This document shows positions 22,386 to 34,105 of a DNA stretch of 64,000 nucleotides, piece after piece. Origin of the DNA: Podarcis erhardii (Eukaryota). The notes under the pieces are model-generated. The model made no database searches. It saw only the letters and a list, made by a program, of their open reading frames with translations, and was not told the DNA's origin. The stretch lies in NCBI GenBank assembly GCA_964252035.1, contig OZ176205.1; one strand, written 5' to 3'. Positions within the stretch are counted from its first letter, which is position 1. Each line of letters begins with the position of its first letter. A program made the translations under genes and the position numbers.

Positions 22386-23789
22386 ACACCCTCTGCACTG
22401 AGAATGTGCCACAAGACCTAGTAATTGAGATTCTATCTGAGTCCGTCCAACTTTAATAGTGTTGTAGCAACAGCTGCCTCTATGATCTCATCTATAAAAT
22501 GGACTTGACAATATACTGTTGTTTTAAATGAAACTAGGTTCCAGCTAGTCATTTGTATGTGAGTGCTCTTGTAATCCACTTCAGGAGTGTTTTGCATGGA
22601 ATGCTGCTCTGCATACAATCTATGGAACATTTGCAAGTGTTAACACCGATGCTGAAGCCATTTGGATTTGTGTTGTATTGTAAATCACTTCAGAATGCCT
22701 CAGGGGAAGTGATTCATAAATGAAATAATAATAATAATTTTCACAAAGGGCATGAAAATTGGCACTGGCATTTCCCTGATCTGTCATTCAAATGTATAAC
22801 TTGAACGTTGTTTAGCATCTCCACTTCTATCCTGCATTAGCAGCAAATCAGATATTTGTAGATATCATTTGAGAGACAATCTGGAGAGGTGTAGGGTGGA
22901 TCGGCCCTTAGCTCTGTGGGCTGCTTCACACATTAAGTTGCAGCAAAACTGCTTTTTCTCAGAGTTAGGGAGCTGTGGCCAATAACTCCCATTTCCTGAG
23001 TGAATGCTCTGTCATATAACACGAAGAGGTCAAGTCTATGCACTGCATGTTTAAGGTGCACATGTCATATTTTTCATGTATATGTCATATGTTGAAACTG
23101 TCTGCAGGCCAACAGTTGAAGCCATGTTATAGTGGGCTTGAAGAGACCTTTCCTCTCCTTCCTTACAGTTTCATTTGGGAACCAAGTAGGCCCTGTTGCA
23201 AAAGGTACAGTCAGATCCCATTCACAGAGGGAGTTGTTAGCTACTTGTCTGATGCGAGCAAGCCAGACATGCTCAAGGCATTCTCCTTGGCAGCAGGGAA
23301 GCTGGATTGGAGGGAGGAGGAGGAGAAGGGAAGGGAAAAGAGAAGCCAGGATATTTCAGCAATGCATATAACACTCACTGCTGTGGAGGTCAGCGCCTGA
23401 ACACAGCCCTTACGGCAGGCGATGGAATGTAAAGGGCTGGGCTTTGCAGCAGGAAGAGAGCAGAGGAACTTTGATTCTTCGTAATTAAAACAAACCCAGC
23501 AGCCGCAGAGAATCAACCACAGTTCTCTTAAACACCCTTTGCTCCTGTGCTGAAGAAGGAGACAGGCAGATTCTGGGGAGGGGATTTCACAGTCCAGCTG
23601 TCTCCTCCGGGTCATTCTGGTGCTGCTCAGTACCAGCCAGCCCAGAAGCGTAATTCCTTCTGTAAAAGTGGGGTGCAGTTTTACTTCCTTCCTTGCCTTG
23701 TGCACAAGATTACCCTCTTGTACGCTTGACAAAACACAGGTCTATCCCTGTGCATTTCAGTATCAGTCCCAGGGTTTTCATGTTCTTCT

Positions 23790-23892
23790 AGTATCATAGA
23801 GCTGGAAGGGACCCTGAGAACCATCTAGTCCAACCCCCTGCAATGCAGGGATAGGCAGCTGTCCCTTATGGATATTGAGCCTCTAACCCTTG
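23790..23892 (-). mobile_element. CR1-tailed SINE or CR1 3' end
   Basis: ATCATAGAGCTGGAAGGGACCCTGAGAACCATCTAGTCCAACCCCCTGCAATGCAGG. Confidence 0.7.
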
Positions 23893-23999
23893 TTAAAAAC
23901 AAACTGTGGCTTAATGTGAACAAGCAGTGAGTTATTGTCATTGAAAGTTCTTGCACTGGTCCTCAACACTGCTGCTACACTGCTGAGAAACAAGTCTGC

Positions 24000-24270
24000 A
24001 CCTGGCCTGTTGTGATGTCTAAGCCTGGGTTTATGGCTTATTTATCTCCAAACAAGCCAGGAGCTGTAACCAAGGTTTGTTCTTGGCTTTCGGCTCACGG
24101 GGTTTTTTTTTTGAGAGAGAAACAAACCATGTGCCAGGGTCCAAACATCCTGACAAGTCAGACTCTGGGCTGTTTGCCGACAGCATGGCACATGAGGAGA
24201 GAAGCAAGAACTTTTCTGCAGCAGCCACTGGCATACTGTACATTCACATTAAACTATGGCTTGCTTTTCA
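24000..24270. mobile_element. Degenerate squamate palindromic DNA element
   Basis: Shares TAACCAAGGTTTGTTCTTGGCT exactly with the element near 40255-40375. Confidence 0.5.
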
Positions 24271-26546
24271 ATAAAGTTTCTTTTACCTGCAGACCAGGCC
24301 CTTCTGTTCAATGGGGCATACACCCAGAATTGCAGCCAGGAATTAACTAATCCAGAATGATTATCACCTTCTCCTGCCTTGCTCACAGACTCTTCCTGCT
24401 TCTGTGCTTTGAAAACATGAAAGAAATCTACTCTTATATCAACTAAAGCCACTGGGTCTACTGCTAAGTATGACTAATTATAGATCCAACCCTATAATGA
24501 TACATGCTTTGCTATGTTATAGGGCAGCTTTATTCACTAAGGGTCTTATTAGTAATCTGCCTTAAAATAAGACCAAAATTGTATGTGCACATTTGAGGGT
24601 GGAGGCTAAAGAAGGAATGCATCACCCGGGGGAAACCAGAGGTCACAGATCTGCATAATATTTTCCTACATTTGATGTTAATAATTTACTATAATTTAGA
24701 TCGAAATACAATCAATCTCCCTATTGGGTTCATTAATGGTTTTTACCTCTGTTGTTAGCCATCTTGAGCTTTTTAGAGGAAAGGTGGAATACAAATAAAC
24801 AATTAGGAAGATGGTGACCTGGTGACCTGTTTGGTTACTCAGTCTGTTCTCCAGGTGTTCACTGTTGATGGGCAACATCCAGACCTCTGTTCTTCTTCTT
24901 AAGGTTCTTTAGTTTTAAACCAAATGTGGGGTTGTATGCAATGAAGCTGATAGCACAAGCAGCTCCACCTGTGCCATGGGGCTTCCTTGCCCTCTTCCCT
25001 GTGTTTCCCCCCCACTCTTTGGGGTTTCCTCCCAGTTCTCTGGAGCAGAAGTACTTGAGGGAGGCAAGATGCAAGGAGTTGGGGGAAGAGTCATCCTGCT
25101 GCACAGGCAGAATTTCTTGCACTAACAGGATGCTTTCAAACAGAGGACTGTCCTTAGACTGCCCTTCCAAACAGAGGGATGTTCTCTGTAATATAGGGTG
25201 CCTGGCCACCTCAGCACAGTGAAATGCTCAGCAAGAGAGACTGTCCTCTCTGGAAAATCAATATCCCCTAGAACAGTGGTAGGCAGACTTGAAGCTTCTT
25301 TGGGATCTTCTTTGTGTGTTTTTGCTTGAACCCCCAGGTCTCAAGGCATATGCTTGGAATTAAAAGAAGTCTGAGTCTGAGAATTTGGTTTGAACTGTGG
25401 CTTTTATGGGTGTTGTGTAATTTACATGGGCCTGCTTTTGTTTTTGTTTTAAGGCAAATTATGACTGCTTGCTATGGAGAAAGATCTGCCTACGTGCAAG
25501 ATAACATCTATAATTTCTCACAATACCTGAATCTATCCATCTATCCTACGTGCCTCTACTGTTACTTTCTTTTATAGAACAAGTCGATCCCATACAATAT
25601 TTCTGTATTGGAGTCATGCACTCAAAAGCAGCTGTCCATGACATGTACAGATCATAATTCTTGCGTGCATGTGAAAACAAGCACTGAAAGCCATCCATGT
25701 GGAATCCCCGTTTGTAAAACCTGTGAGAGACAGGGCATGAACTACAATTGTATTTGATCTTTATTATTTCATGTATGAATTGCTTCCCATGAAACATCCC
25801 CAAGTGATTAACAGCAGAAACACCAGCAACAGAAACATATATAAATACAATTTCCAGTTCAGTGGAGATATGGACAGGGATGAAATAAAATCTCCATTTA
25901 AAAGGCTTGTTGGAAGAGAAAGACCTCCCACAGGTACTGAAAGTATAACAGAGATGGCACCTGTCTGATATGGAATGGGGGAGTGTTTCAAAGGGTCTCA
26001 TTCCTACCTCGTACAGAGTGGGCCTTCTGATGAGTTGGTATCTGTGGGAGGCAGTATATAAAGAGTAAGATTAACTTTTTGGTACCCTGGTCCCAAGCTG
26101 AGCAACCTTTGTATACTAGTGCCAGTATTAGATCCCCAACTCCCACTAGCCCCAGCTAACATGGCCAGTGGGTCAGGATGATGAGAGTCATTCAGCAGCA
26201 ACATGTGGAGGGCAACAGGCTTGAAGAAGCTGTTCTAGGCGAATTACAATATTGTCAGTAAGGAGGTTGCACAGATAGTTGAATTGATGAAACAGATGCC
26301 AAGCTAGTCAAGAATGTGGTGGGCCTCTGTCTCTCTCCTGTCTCTATAGACTGAAACCACAAGATGTGATGGTGTAATTTAGGGTCATGCCAATTACATT
26401 ACACCCATAGAAGCCACAGCTCTCCTGATATGGGCACCTGCCTCATTGATTCATGTCTTTTGGAAACTCCTTGCAGTGAGTAACAAAGGGATGTTTTAAA
26501 ACGCGCCACACATTAATTTTTTTTTGCATAGATGATCAGGGTTAGT

Positions 26547-26664
26547 CTCCAGATGATGTTGGACTCCAACTCCCATCAGCCCCAGTTGGCGTGGCCAATG
26601 GCCAGCCATGATGGGAGTTGGAGTCCAGCAACATCTGGTGGGCGCACCACATTGCCTGTCCCTT
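26547..26664. mobile_element. Palindromic MITE with a perfect 18-bp internal inverted repeat
   Basis: GGACTCCAACTCCCATCA (26561-78) / TGATGGGAGTTGGAGTCC (26609-26); related copies near 26095-26232, 43143-43279 and 57465-57602. Confidence 0.8.
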
Positions 26665-27164
26665 GCATGGATGAGACAGGCCCAAGCCAGAAACAGAACT
26701 GGAAGTTGTGCTTTTCATTCACAATATTGCACAGACGAGTGTTTCTCAAATGTCCTTTAGGGATTCTGCAAACAGGGAAGATGTCTTATTGATTGTAAAT
26801 CTGTAAGCTACTTCTAAGAAAAATCCAGCCAGGTAAAACCAACAAAGTATCTGGGTTGCTGGCAACTTCTTAAAGACTTGACACTTCGGGAGACCCTGAA
26901 ACAAAAGATTTTTGTAGGCTCTGTAGCACCTTTACCATTGACAGATTTATTGTAGCATAAGGTTTGGTAGGCTGGAGCTCATGAAAAATAAAAAAGAAAT
27001 GTTTATGACTATAATTATTATTGCAAGGGAACTCTGTCCTATGACAGCTGGAGCACAATAACTCTGTGCTACAATGTCTACAAAAAGTGAAAGGGTTCAA
27101 GACTCCCAAAATGCAGGTCGCATTCCTCTTCCTGTAGCTGAAAAAGAATTTTTCTCTATTTTTG

Positions 27165-27775
27165 TAAATAAATTTTTAATCCCCCCCCCCAAATAATAAT
27201 CAGTAAAATAAGGATATAAAATTCAAACCACCATCTAACATTAATGCTTCTAATAAAAAATCCTACTATTTTACAAACCTCCTTTTGAGGTTCTTTAAAC
27301 CTCAATACTTCCTTCCACCCCCTTCTACTGGTTCTTTATATCTTACATCATTCTCTGCATTTTGTTATCATTTTTATCCACTTGTTACACCTTTACATTC
27401 TCTAATTCTTTACTACTTACAAGTGCTTAATTTAAACCTGCCAATGTACCAACTCGTTTACAGTATTTCTGCACATACACAATAATTTTCCCCCATTCTT
27501 TTTTAAACTTCCCATTGTCAAAGACTCTTGAGTTTTGCCGTCAGTTTTGCCCTTTCTGCATAGTCCATAAGTTTTAATTGCCATTCTTCTGTTATTAGCA
27601 ACTGTTCTTATTTCCATCTTTGGGCTACATAAATAATTTCTTCTGTTCTTTGGGAATTACTGTTCCTATTATACCTAGTAGAAAAGCTTCTGGTTTCTTT
27701 GCAAAGGTTAGTTTAAATATTTTCTTCAATTCATTATATATCATTTCCCAGAAGCTTTTAATAACCTTGCATCCC
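27165..27775 (-). mobile_element. L1 LINE 3' fragment (degenerate ORF2 C-terminus plus 3' UTR)
   Basis: Minus strand GCKVIKSFWEMIYNELKKIFKLTFAKKPEAFLLGIIG..AQRWK..EEWQLKLMDYAERAKLT. Confidence 0.85.
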
Positions 27776-29160
27776 TACCGCATATGATAGGCTGTAGGGT
27801 GGCTAGGTGGAAAAAAGGACAGTTGTATAAAAGAGGGAATTATAAGAGGTGCAGCTATCCATCTTGTTTCACTATGTATTTCTCTTCCATAAAACACTGC
27901 TATGGAACTTTTAAAAAGTGCAGTTTATTCATTATGTAAGTTTTAGGGCTTCAGGTTTATTTATTTACTTAGACAATTTATATCTCTCTTAACTACAATT
28001 GTCTATAAGCAGTGTACAAAGAATGCAATACAATGAAAATAAACATATTTTAAAACAATAAAAAAATAAGCCAGGAAGCTATGTTTGTTTGTTTTGGTAG
28101 GACTGTCTTGAATTTGAAGATTTGCTTCACTTGCAAACAAAGTCAGGGACACTCCAATCCAAACATAGTAACTGTTACACCCACTAAGAACAATGATAGA
28201 TAATATGAGTAGAGTACTCTGTGATCTAATAGGACTTTTCCTTCCTAAGCCACTCTAAGCCTGTAATGAAAGGCATAAACCTGCTTGAGGGCTAAGTCTG
28301 CATGAGGGTCAGTGTGCAACAGATTTTATCTTTCTACACTGAGCACTGGTGAAAGGGTTTGAAGTACTTCTGAAAGGGGCCTTAGTTTGTGAAATTAAGG
28401 GTTAGACTAGTTGTCCAATGAACTACACCTCAAAGGATGGCTGCATCACTCAACAGAGACACAAATAACGGGCAGAGCCAATTTCTTGCAGTCAGCGCTA
28501 ACAAATAAATACAATGTTTAATGAATCCTTTCTTCTTCTTCTTGCGCCATCTGACTTTGTCCTTTCGTTGTTTTTCTGTCAAGTGAACTGACTGCTCATG
28601 CCACAAATTTCTACTGATCATGGGGAGGCGATAGTATGAACAGATTAGTCCTTATCCTGGAGCTGGAAGATCTGGCTTTGTTCTCTGCTCTTAACAGTGT
28701 GTGATCTTGGCTAGGTGTTTCAGGGTGGGGCCGCACAGGAAGTTTCCCACAATCCAGGTTTACACTTCAGTGAATATCTCCAAGTGCAGGAAGCACTCTC
28801 TGGGAAAACAAGGCACGACCGACTGCAGGATTTCTCATTGCTAAAATGCCAGAGTTTCCACTCTGGAGTGTGGACAACAGGCAGAGAATCTGGAAAGACA
28901 GCAGCATCATGATGCTTACTGCCCTTGGGTGCATTGAACTGGTATATGTATGACTTGGAAAAAACCCACTTTGATGCAGAAGTCCTTTCAGTGTCTCTCA
29001 GCACCTGCAAACATGTTACCTCGTGTCATGGAGCAAAGATACCTGGAACTATTGGACATTGATAGCACCTGAATTCCTGTGCAAAGTAAATTTTCATGTT
29101 TATGTATAGATTTTCTATTGGTTTCATATCCACTGACTTTTAGATCCTATTAATCAGGCC

Positions 29161-29298
29161 CAGGGCTTTTTTTTTCAGGGGGAACTTGCCGTAAATCAGT
29201 TCCATCACCTTTCAGGGGAATGCCATTGCCATTATAAGAGAACAAGGGAGGCGTTCATGGGGAGTTCTGGCACCTCTTTTTCTAGAAAAATAGCTGTG
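29161..29298. mobile_element. Short hAT-like MITE
   Basis: CAGGGCTTTTTTT...AAAAATAGCTGTG termini with internal GTTCC repeats; no TSD seen. Confidence 0.6.
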
Positions 29299-29479
29299 AC
29301 CATACTCCAGATTTCCCATGAGAACACCCACTGGAAAAGACAATTAGGTTAGACATTTTCCTCTGCAACACCATTGAAATACAAGATCAGGAAGGTTCTC
29401 TATAGAGTTGAAGCAACATAGTAGTTAAGAGCATGATCTGTGAGGTGGTGATATGCACTTTTACTTCTGGAAACTCGCT

Positions 29480-29575
29480 GAATGGACTTGGGCATGTGTG
29501 GACAATAATACTTGTCTACCTCACAGGGTTGTAGGATTACTGAGGTAATAGAGTGTGAGGTGTTCTGCACTCTTA
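29480..29575 (+). mobile_element. MIR-like core fragment
   Basis: GGACTTGGGCA..AATAATACTTGTCTACCTCACAGGGTTGTAGGATT. Confidence 0.55.
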
Positions 29576-30261
29576 AATGCACTCTATAATGCTGAAACAT
29601 AACTGTATCATAATATTACATCCCTGAGCATGAATTCCATCTGCATTGTTGCAGCCTCCCTCTGTCCAGAGATTTGGGGAAACTTTCTCTGTCCTTCTGA
29701 CAGTGTTTACAAAGTTTTAGCCTCTCTTTGTCCTCTGGCCTCCTGGGCAGTGGGGCTTGTGGCTGGGCTGTGAGCCAGGAGCTGATCTGACACATAGAAG
29801 CAGGATTTATGGGATACTGCTTTGATTCCAGCTCAAGGGCACGTAGGGCTGAAGCCAGAAGAGACGCAGCGTTTGGGTCCGTGGCAAGGAGGAGGGTGAG
29901 AGCATCCAGCTGCTGCTTCTCCTCCTCCTCCTCCTGCCATACTCTCCTTTGATGCCTTTAATAACTTTTTGGGAGGCTTGTTTCTCCAAATGAGGACTGG
30001 CAGGCCGGCTGAAAATTGCAGGCAAAGCCCGCCCACACACTTCTGGTAGGACACTTTGATTCCGTTGTGGTAACTTGCCCCGTTAGTTCAACCCGGGGCT
30101 CCTCCCTTCTTCTTTACTCGGCTGATGCATCTCAGCCTGGTCTTGTGATTTCTGCTGCTGTCATCTCAAGTTTTCTATAGTTGTTTCTTGATAACTGAGT
30201 GCACAGTCTCATTTTTCTTCTTCTGGACTTGGAGACCTATGTGTCCAGCTCCACATGTATG

Positions 30262-30287
30262 CACACACACACACACACACACACACA
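30262..30287. repeat. (CA)13 microsatellite
   Basis: Direct read. Confidence 0.97.
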
Positions 30288-30451
30288 CCCTGTTTTTCCA
30301 GTCCCAAAGCAGTTCCTTGATTTCAATTCTGCCCCGTGCTTTATCTTGCAATCATTACACTTGTCTGCATTAGTCTTCCTGAACACCGACCTGAAGCTCT
30401 CTTTAGTCCAAGTCCTGCGGCTCCCATTCAGTTAACACCTCTGCTGGTTAT

Positions 30452-30502
30452 GCCTGCATTCCCTGGGGGTTGGACTAGATGAGCCTTCGGGTCCCTTCCA
30501 AA
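30452..30502 (+). mobile_element. CR1 3' end fragment
   Basis: GGGGGTTGGACTAGATGAGCCTTCGGGTCCCTTCCAA. Confidence 0.7.
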
Positions 30503-30869
30503 CGCTATCAGCCTTTGTTGTGAATGGCAGCTTATCAGAAGCCTTTTGGGGACTCCAGGCATTTACAGTTAGTTAAAATGTTGACTAGGTGCCCCAAAGT
30601 CGTGGTCAGGTTTGCCATATTGCAATTTCCAATGAAAACAAGCAGTGTACCATTGAGCACTTTTTAGTTTGTGACCTAGCATTGCCCTGAGATGTGCTCC
30701 CTAGAGGGAGATATGCAAGGAGAGGATGTCATTTTGAGTGTAATTACTCATTCTGCATATAGTACGTGTGTAGCCTTAGCAATGGGAGCATGTGTGTACC
30801 ATTGAAGGTGGTTTTATATTCTGATTTTGTTCTGTGAACTGTCCTGAAACCTTCAGGTATAGGGCGGTA

Positions 30870-31086
30870 CAATGGTACCTCTGGTTACGAACTTAATTCA
30901 TTCTGGAGGTCCGTTCTTAACCTGAGGTACCACGTTAGCTAATGGGGCCTCCTGCTGATGCCGGCGTGCAATTTCTGTTTTCATCCTGAGGCAAAGTTCT
31001 TAACCCGAGGTATTACTTATGGGTTAACCGAGTCTGTAACCTGAAGTGTTTACAACCCGAGGTGTTTGTAACCCAAGGTACCACTG
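30870..31086 (-). mobile_element. Tigger/pogo-like MITE, nested in an L2-type tail
   Basis: Reverse orientation of 10004-10245; TA on both sides (30868-9, 31087-8); removing it restores GGGCGGTATAAATTCAATAAATAAA. Confidence 0.88.
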
Positions 31087-31106
31087 TATATAAATTCAAT
31101 AAATAA

Positions 31107-31143
<37 letters not shown>

Positions 31144-31172
31144 CCACAACAGAAGTAGTTTCCAATGTGACC

Positions 31173-31308
31173 ACTGTACTCAGCTCAGAATTCTCTGCTG
31201 TGGCTCCTTCAGATTTCAGACTAACCGTCTTTCCCAGGCCTACCTGAAGATGCCAGGGATTGAATTTGGGTACATCTGAGTGCAAGGCAGATCCTGTACT
31301 GCTTAGCT
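31173..31308 (-). mobile_element. tRNA(Ala)-like-headed SINE, degenerate
   Basis: Plus strand CCTACCTGAAGATGCCAGGGATTGAA is the reverse of the B-box region; same family near 32843-32990, 41073-41232 and 43795-43915. Confidence 0.65.
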
Positions 31309-32283
31309 TGGGCCTTTTTTACTGGTACTGTGACCTCTGGGAAAGTGTCGCAAGAGGTTTATGGCAACCTGTCTTGCATTCTGTATGGTTGCAAATTAAA
31401 CAAAAGTGTTAAACCACAAAGATATGGAAGTCTTTATGTTTCATGTTGAAGATGGTTTGGGTCCAAAGCGTATCAAGCCAGAAGCGGCCTTCTTCTGGAG
31501 ATACATTTGAATGATGATTAAAATATCTCTGTCGGTCCCTACTAACAGATGCATAACCATGTCACACACAAGAGTTCATTAGCAAGAGGGGTTTGCACGG
31601 GACACATGCAATTCACCAGCTGCTTCCATTTGTGCTGGTAAAAAAGGAAGTGGAGTCTGAAGGGAAAATATTTGTATACACTGCAACTAAAGAAAGTGCA
31701 GCATAATTTCAATCTCTCTCTCAAAAACAATAAACAATAAATGGAACAGCGATACGAGACTCCATAGATCTTGGCCAAGTTACTCTGCTTCCACAGAACA
31801 CTTTTTCAACAGTGCCCTGTCTTGTAGGGGCGTGGTGAGAATAAATATTTAGCAGAGTGAGTGGGCAGATGCTTAGATGCTATGGTAATAGGGCCAAATA
31901 AATAATTTTATAGCTGACTTTCCTCTTCTCAATCACCAGGGAGGCCTATAAAATGTGTTTACTGACAAATTCTGAAGCTGTTTTTTTGTGAAAGGGCTTT
32001 GGTTTTACAATCCTGTTCCAGACAGGATCGTTCTTGGTATCTGCAGTTTATCCAGCCCCTGCAGTTGTTGTTTTTGTCTGCTGTGGGTTCTAATTCAGGT
32101 GTACACAGTTTTCAGCTGACTCACCTGAGTAAAACTTAAGTGGATTCTGAAAACTTTTACAGTTTTTATTCTGGACAAGGAGGTAGATCTTCTAAAATTG
32201 TTGCTGTTGTTGTTGCTTTTGTCAGTTATGTAAACACTGACTAAAATTGGCAAAAGGCTTTCTTTATTTCTACATTTTGTTCG

Positions 32284-32779
32284 TTTTTTTAAAAAAAACC
32301 ATATTTTTATTAAAGATTTCTTAGTTTACAAAAATATGTGCAATGTCTGTTTTTTCAAGTTACATTTTCTACAGATCAGTTTGTTTGTGATTGACTGTGG
32401 TGAACTTTGTTTTCATGTGTGAGTGGGGTGGGTGGGTGTTTTTGAAACAGGTATGCTGTTTTTGATTGGTATTCTGTTGGTGGATTCTTGTTGTCTTGTT
32501 GGGCTGTGTATGTGATAAAGGAGAGCCATACCGGGGTGAAGGCGTCTTCTTCTATTTGTCCCCATGTTCGTTTCAGTTTATTGGTTAGTTTTTCTAATAA
32601 GGCTGTTTCCCATACTATTTGGTACCATTGGTCTATGCTTACTCCTGATAGGTCTCTCCAGTGTCTGGCTATGATGTTTCTGGCTGCTGAGAGTAGGTGG
32701 GTTATGAGCTCTTTATGATGTGAGTGGGCATTATTATCTTGGAAGATGTTTAGTAGGGCCAACTCTTGGGTGACTTCTA
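32284..32779 (-). mobile_element. L1 LINE 3' fragment (ORF2 C-terminus, 3' UTR, poly-A)
   Basis: ORF 32376-32762: LLNIF..ELITHLLSAARNIIARHWR..WYQIVWETALLEKLT..W; AATAAA next to an A tail on the minus strand. Confidence 0.85.
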
Positions 32780-32842
32780 ATACTTATTGTTTTTGTATTC
32801 CTAGTGTACAGATGGGAAACTGTCTTCTGAGATAAAGGTTAA

Positions 32843-32990
32843 CAGGTGCATGCCCCAGGTTCAGTTCCTGTGTCCCCAGAAAGGGCTGAAAAAGAGTCCT
32901 TGTCTGAACCTTGCAGAGTTACTGCCACTTAGACAATGCTAAGGTAGATGAACCAATTTATATGGCAGCTTCATGTATACTTCCCTATGA
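32843..32990 (+). mobile_element. tRNA(Ala)-like-headed SINE, degenerate
   Basis: CCCAGGTTCAGTTCC B box, TCTGAACCTTGCAGAG..CTGCCA..AGACAATGCT..AGATG..GGCAGCTTC. Confidence 0.6.
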
Positions 32991-34053
32991 GACTTGTTAA
33001 CAGGACAAAGCAGAGTAAGATGTGAGATCCATTATCGAACTATCTCCTGTTTTCTTTTTCTTTTTCTTTAGTTTGTAGTAGTTACAGGATCTTCCAAATG
33101 TGATTAGGGCCAGGGAGTGCCAGGGGACAGCACTTAATTCTTTCCTAATTATCTCTATGATAGCTTCATTAACTATGAAATCTGAAATTTGGGTTTCGCA
33201 GTCATTTTGCAGGGTTTGGAGTGAAAGCCCCAGGTTCTGCAGCACCCCCAAACTGAGGAATTGATACATCAATTTGGGGGTTCCAACATTGTTTGTCCAA
33301 TTCACTCCAAACCACTGCCAAAGTTTTGCAATAGTTTTGCAATATTTTGCAGTGAAAACCTCACATTTAGCAAACTGAGAAATTGATACTCAAGGGGGCG
33401 GTGGGCGGAGATAGCTATCACTCCAAAACTAGGATAACTCAAAGACTCAGCACACCTATATCCACCCAGTTCTGTAGACAAGTAACTGTGACTTTATGAG
33501 ATTTGGCTCTGGAAGAGGTGGGAATTGAACTGAAAGGAACACTTTCCCCAGTCAATGGAATTGCTGATTCCACTGGTACAGGCAGAATTTGAGGGAGTGT
33601 TGTTGACACAACTTGTGTAAGTGACAGACTGTTGCTTTGATGCCTGCCTCCTTTCTTAGGTAATTGCTTGGCTTGATTGGTCTTTGACAGCTGATCTGCT
33701 GCAGCAATTTTACACTTTGGGTAATCAAGCGCTGGTTACCAGTCAATAGGCAGTGTTTTAGAAAGGCTTGCATTTGCATTAATCATGCAACCTGCAATTG
33801 AGCAACACTGGGGCTTGTTTGTTTTCCTTCCTCTCAGAGCGCTGTGACTGCAGTAATAAACACAGAATGTTACTCATTTAAATTTGACTACCGTTGAAGC
33901 TGGACTAATAAGTTAAAACTGATTGGTTGATTTACGAGTTATGTCTTGCCAATTTCCGCCCTCCCTTCCCTACAGGGGGGGTGGGGTTTGCAGCACTGAG
34001 CAGGGGCTCACCTGGACGGGTGCCTCCCACCTGCTTGGGTTGGCCTTTGACCC

Positions 34054-34105
34054 ACCCTCAGCCAGGGAGGGCAAGGGATGGACCCTCAGCCAGGGAGGAC
34101 AAGGG
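34054..34105. repeat. 28-bp-period tandem duplication, G-rich
   Basis: ACCCTCAGCCAGGGAGG(G/A)CAAGGG occurs twice. Confidence 0.85.

Noticed and set aside
23422-23480. Another phase-2 alternative first exon (MECKGLGFAAGREQRNFDS)
   Set aside because: Donor TTC|GTAATT is weak; not counted as support for the alternative-exon model.
25546-26001. 151-aa minus-strand ORF
   Set aside because: No recognisable domain, non-ATG start, no convincing donor.
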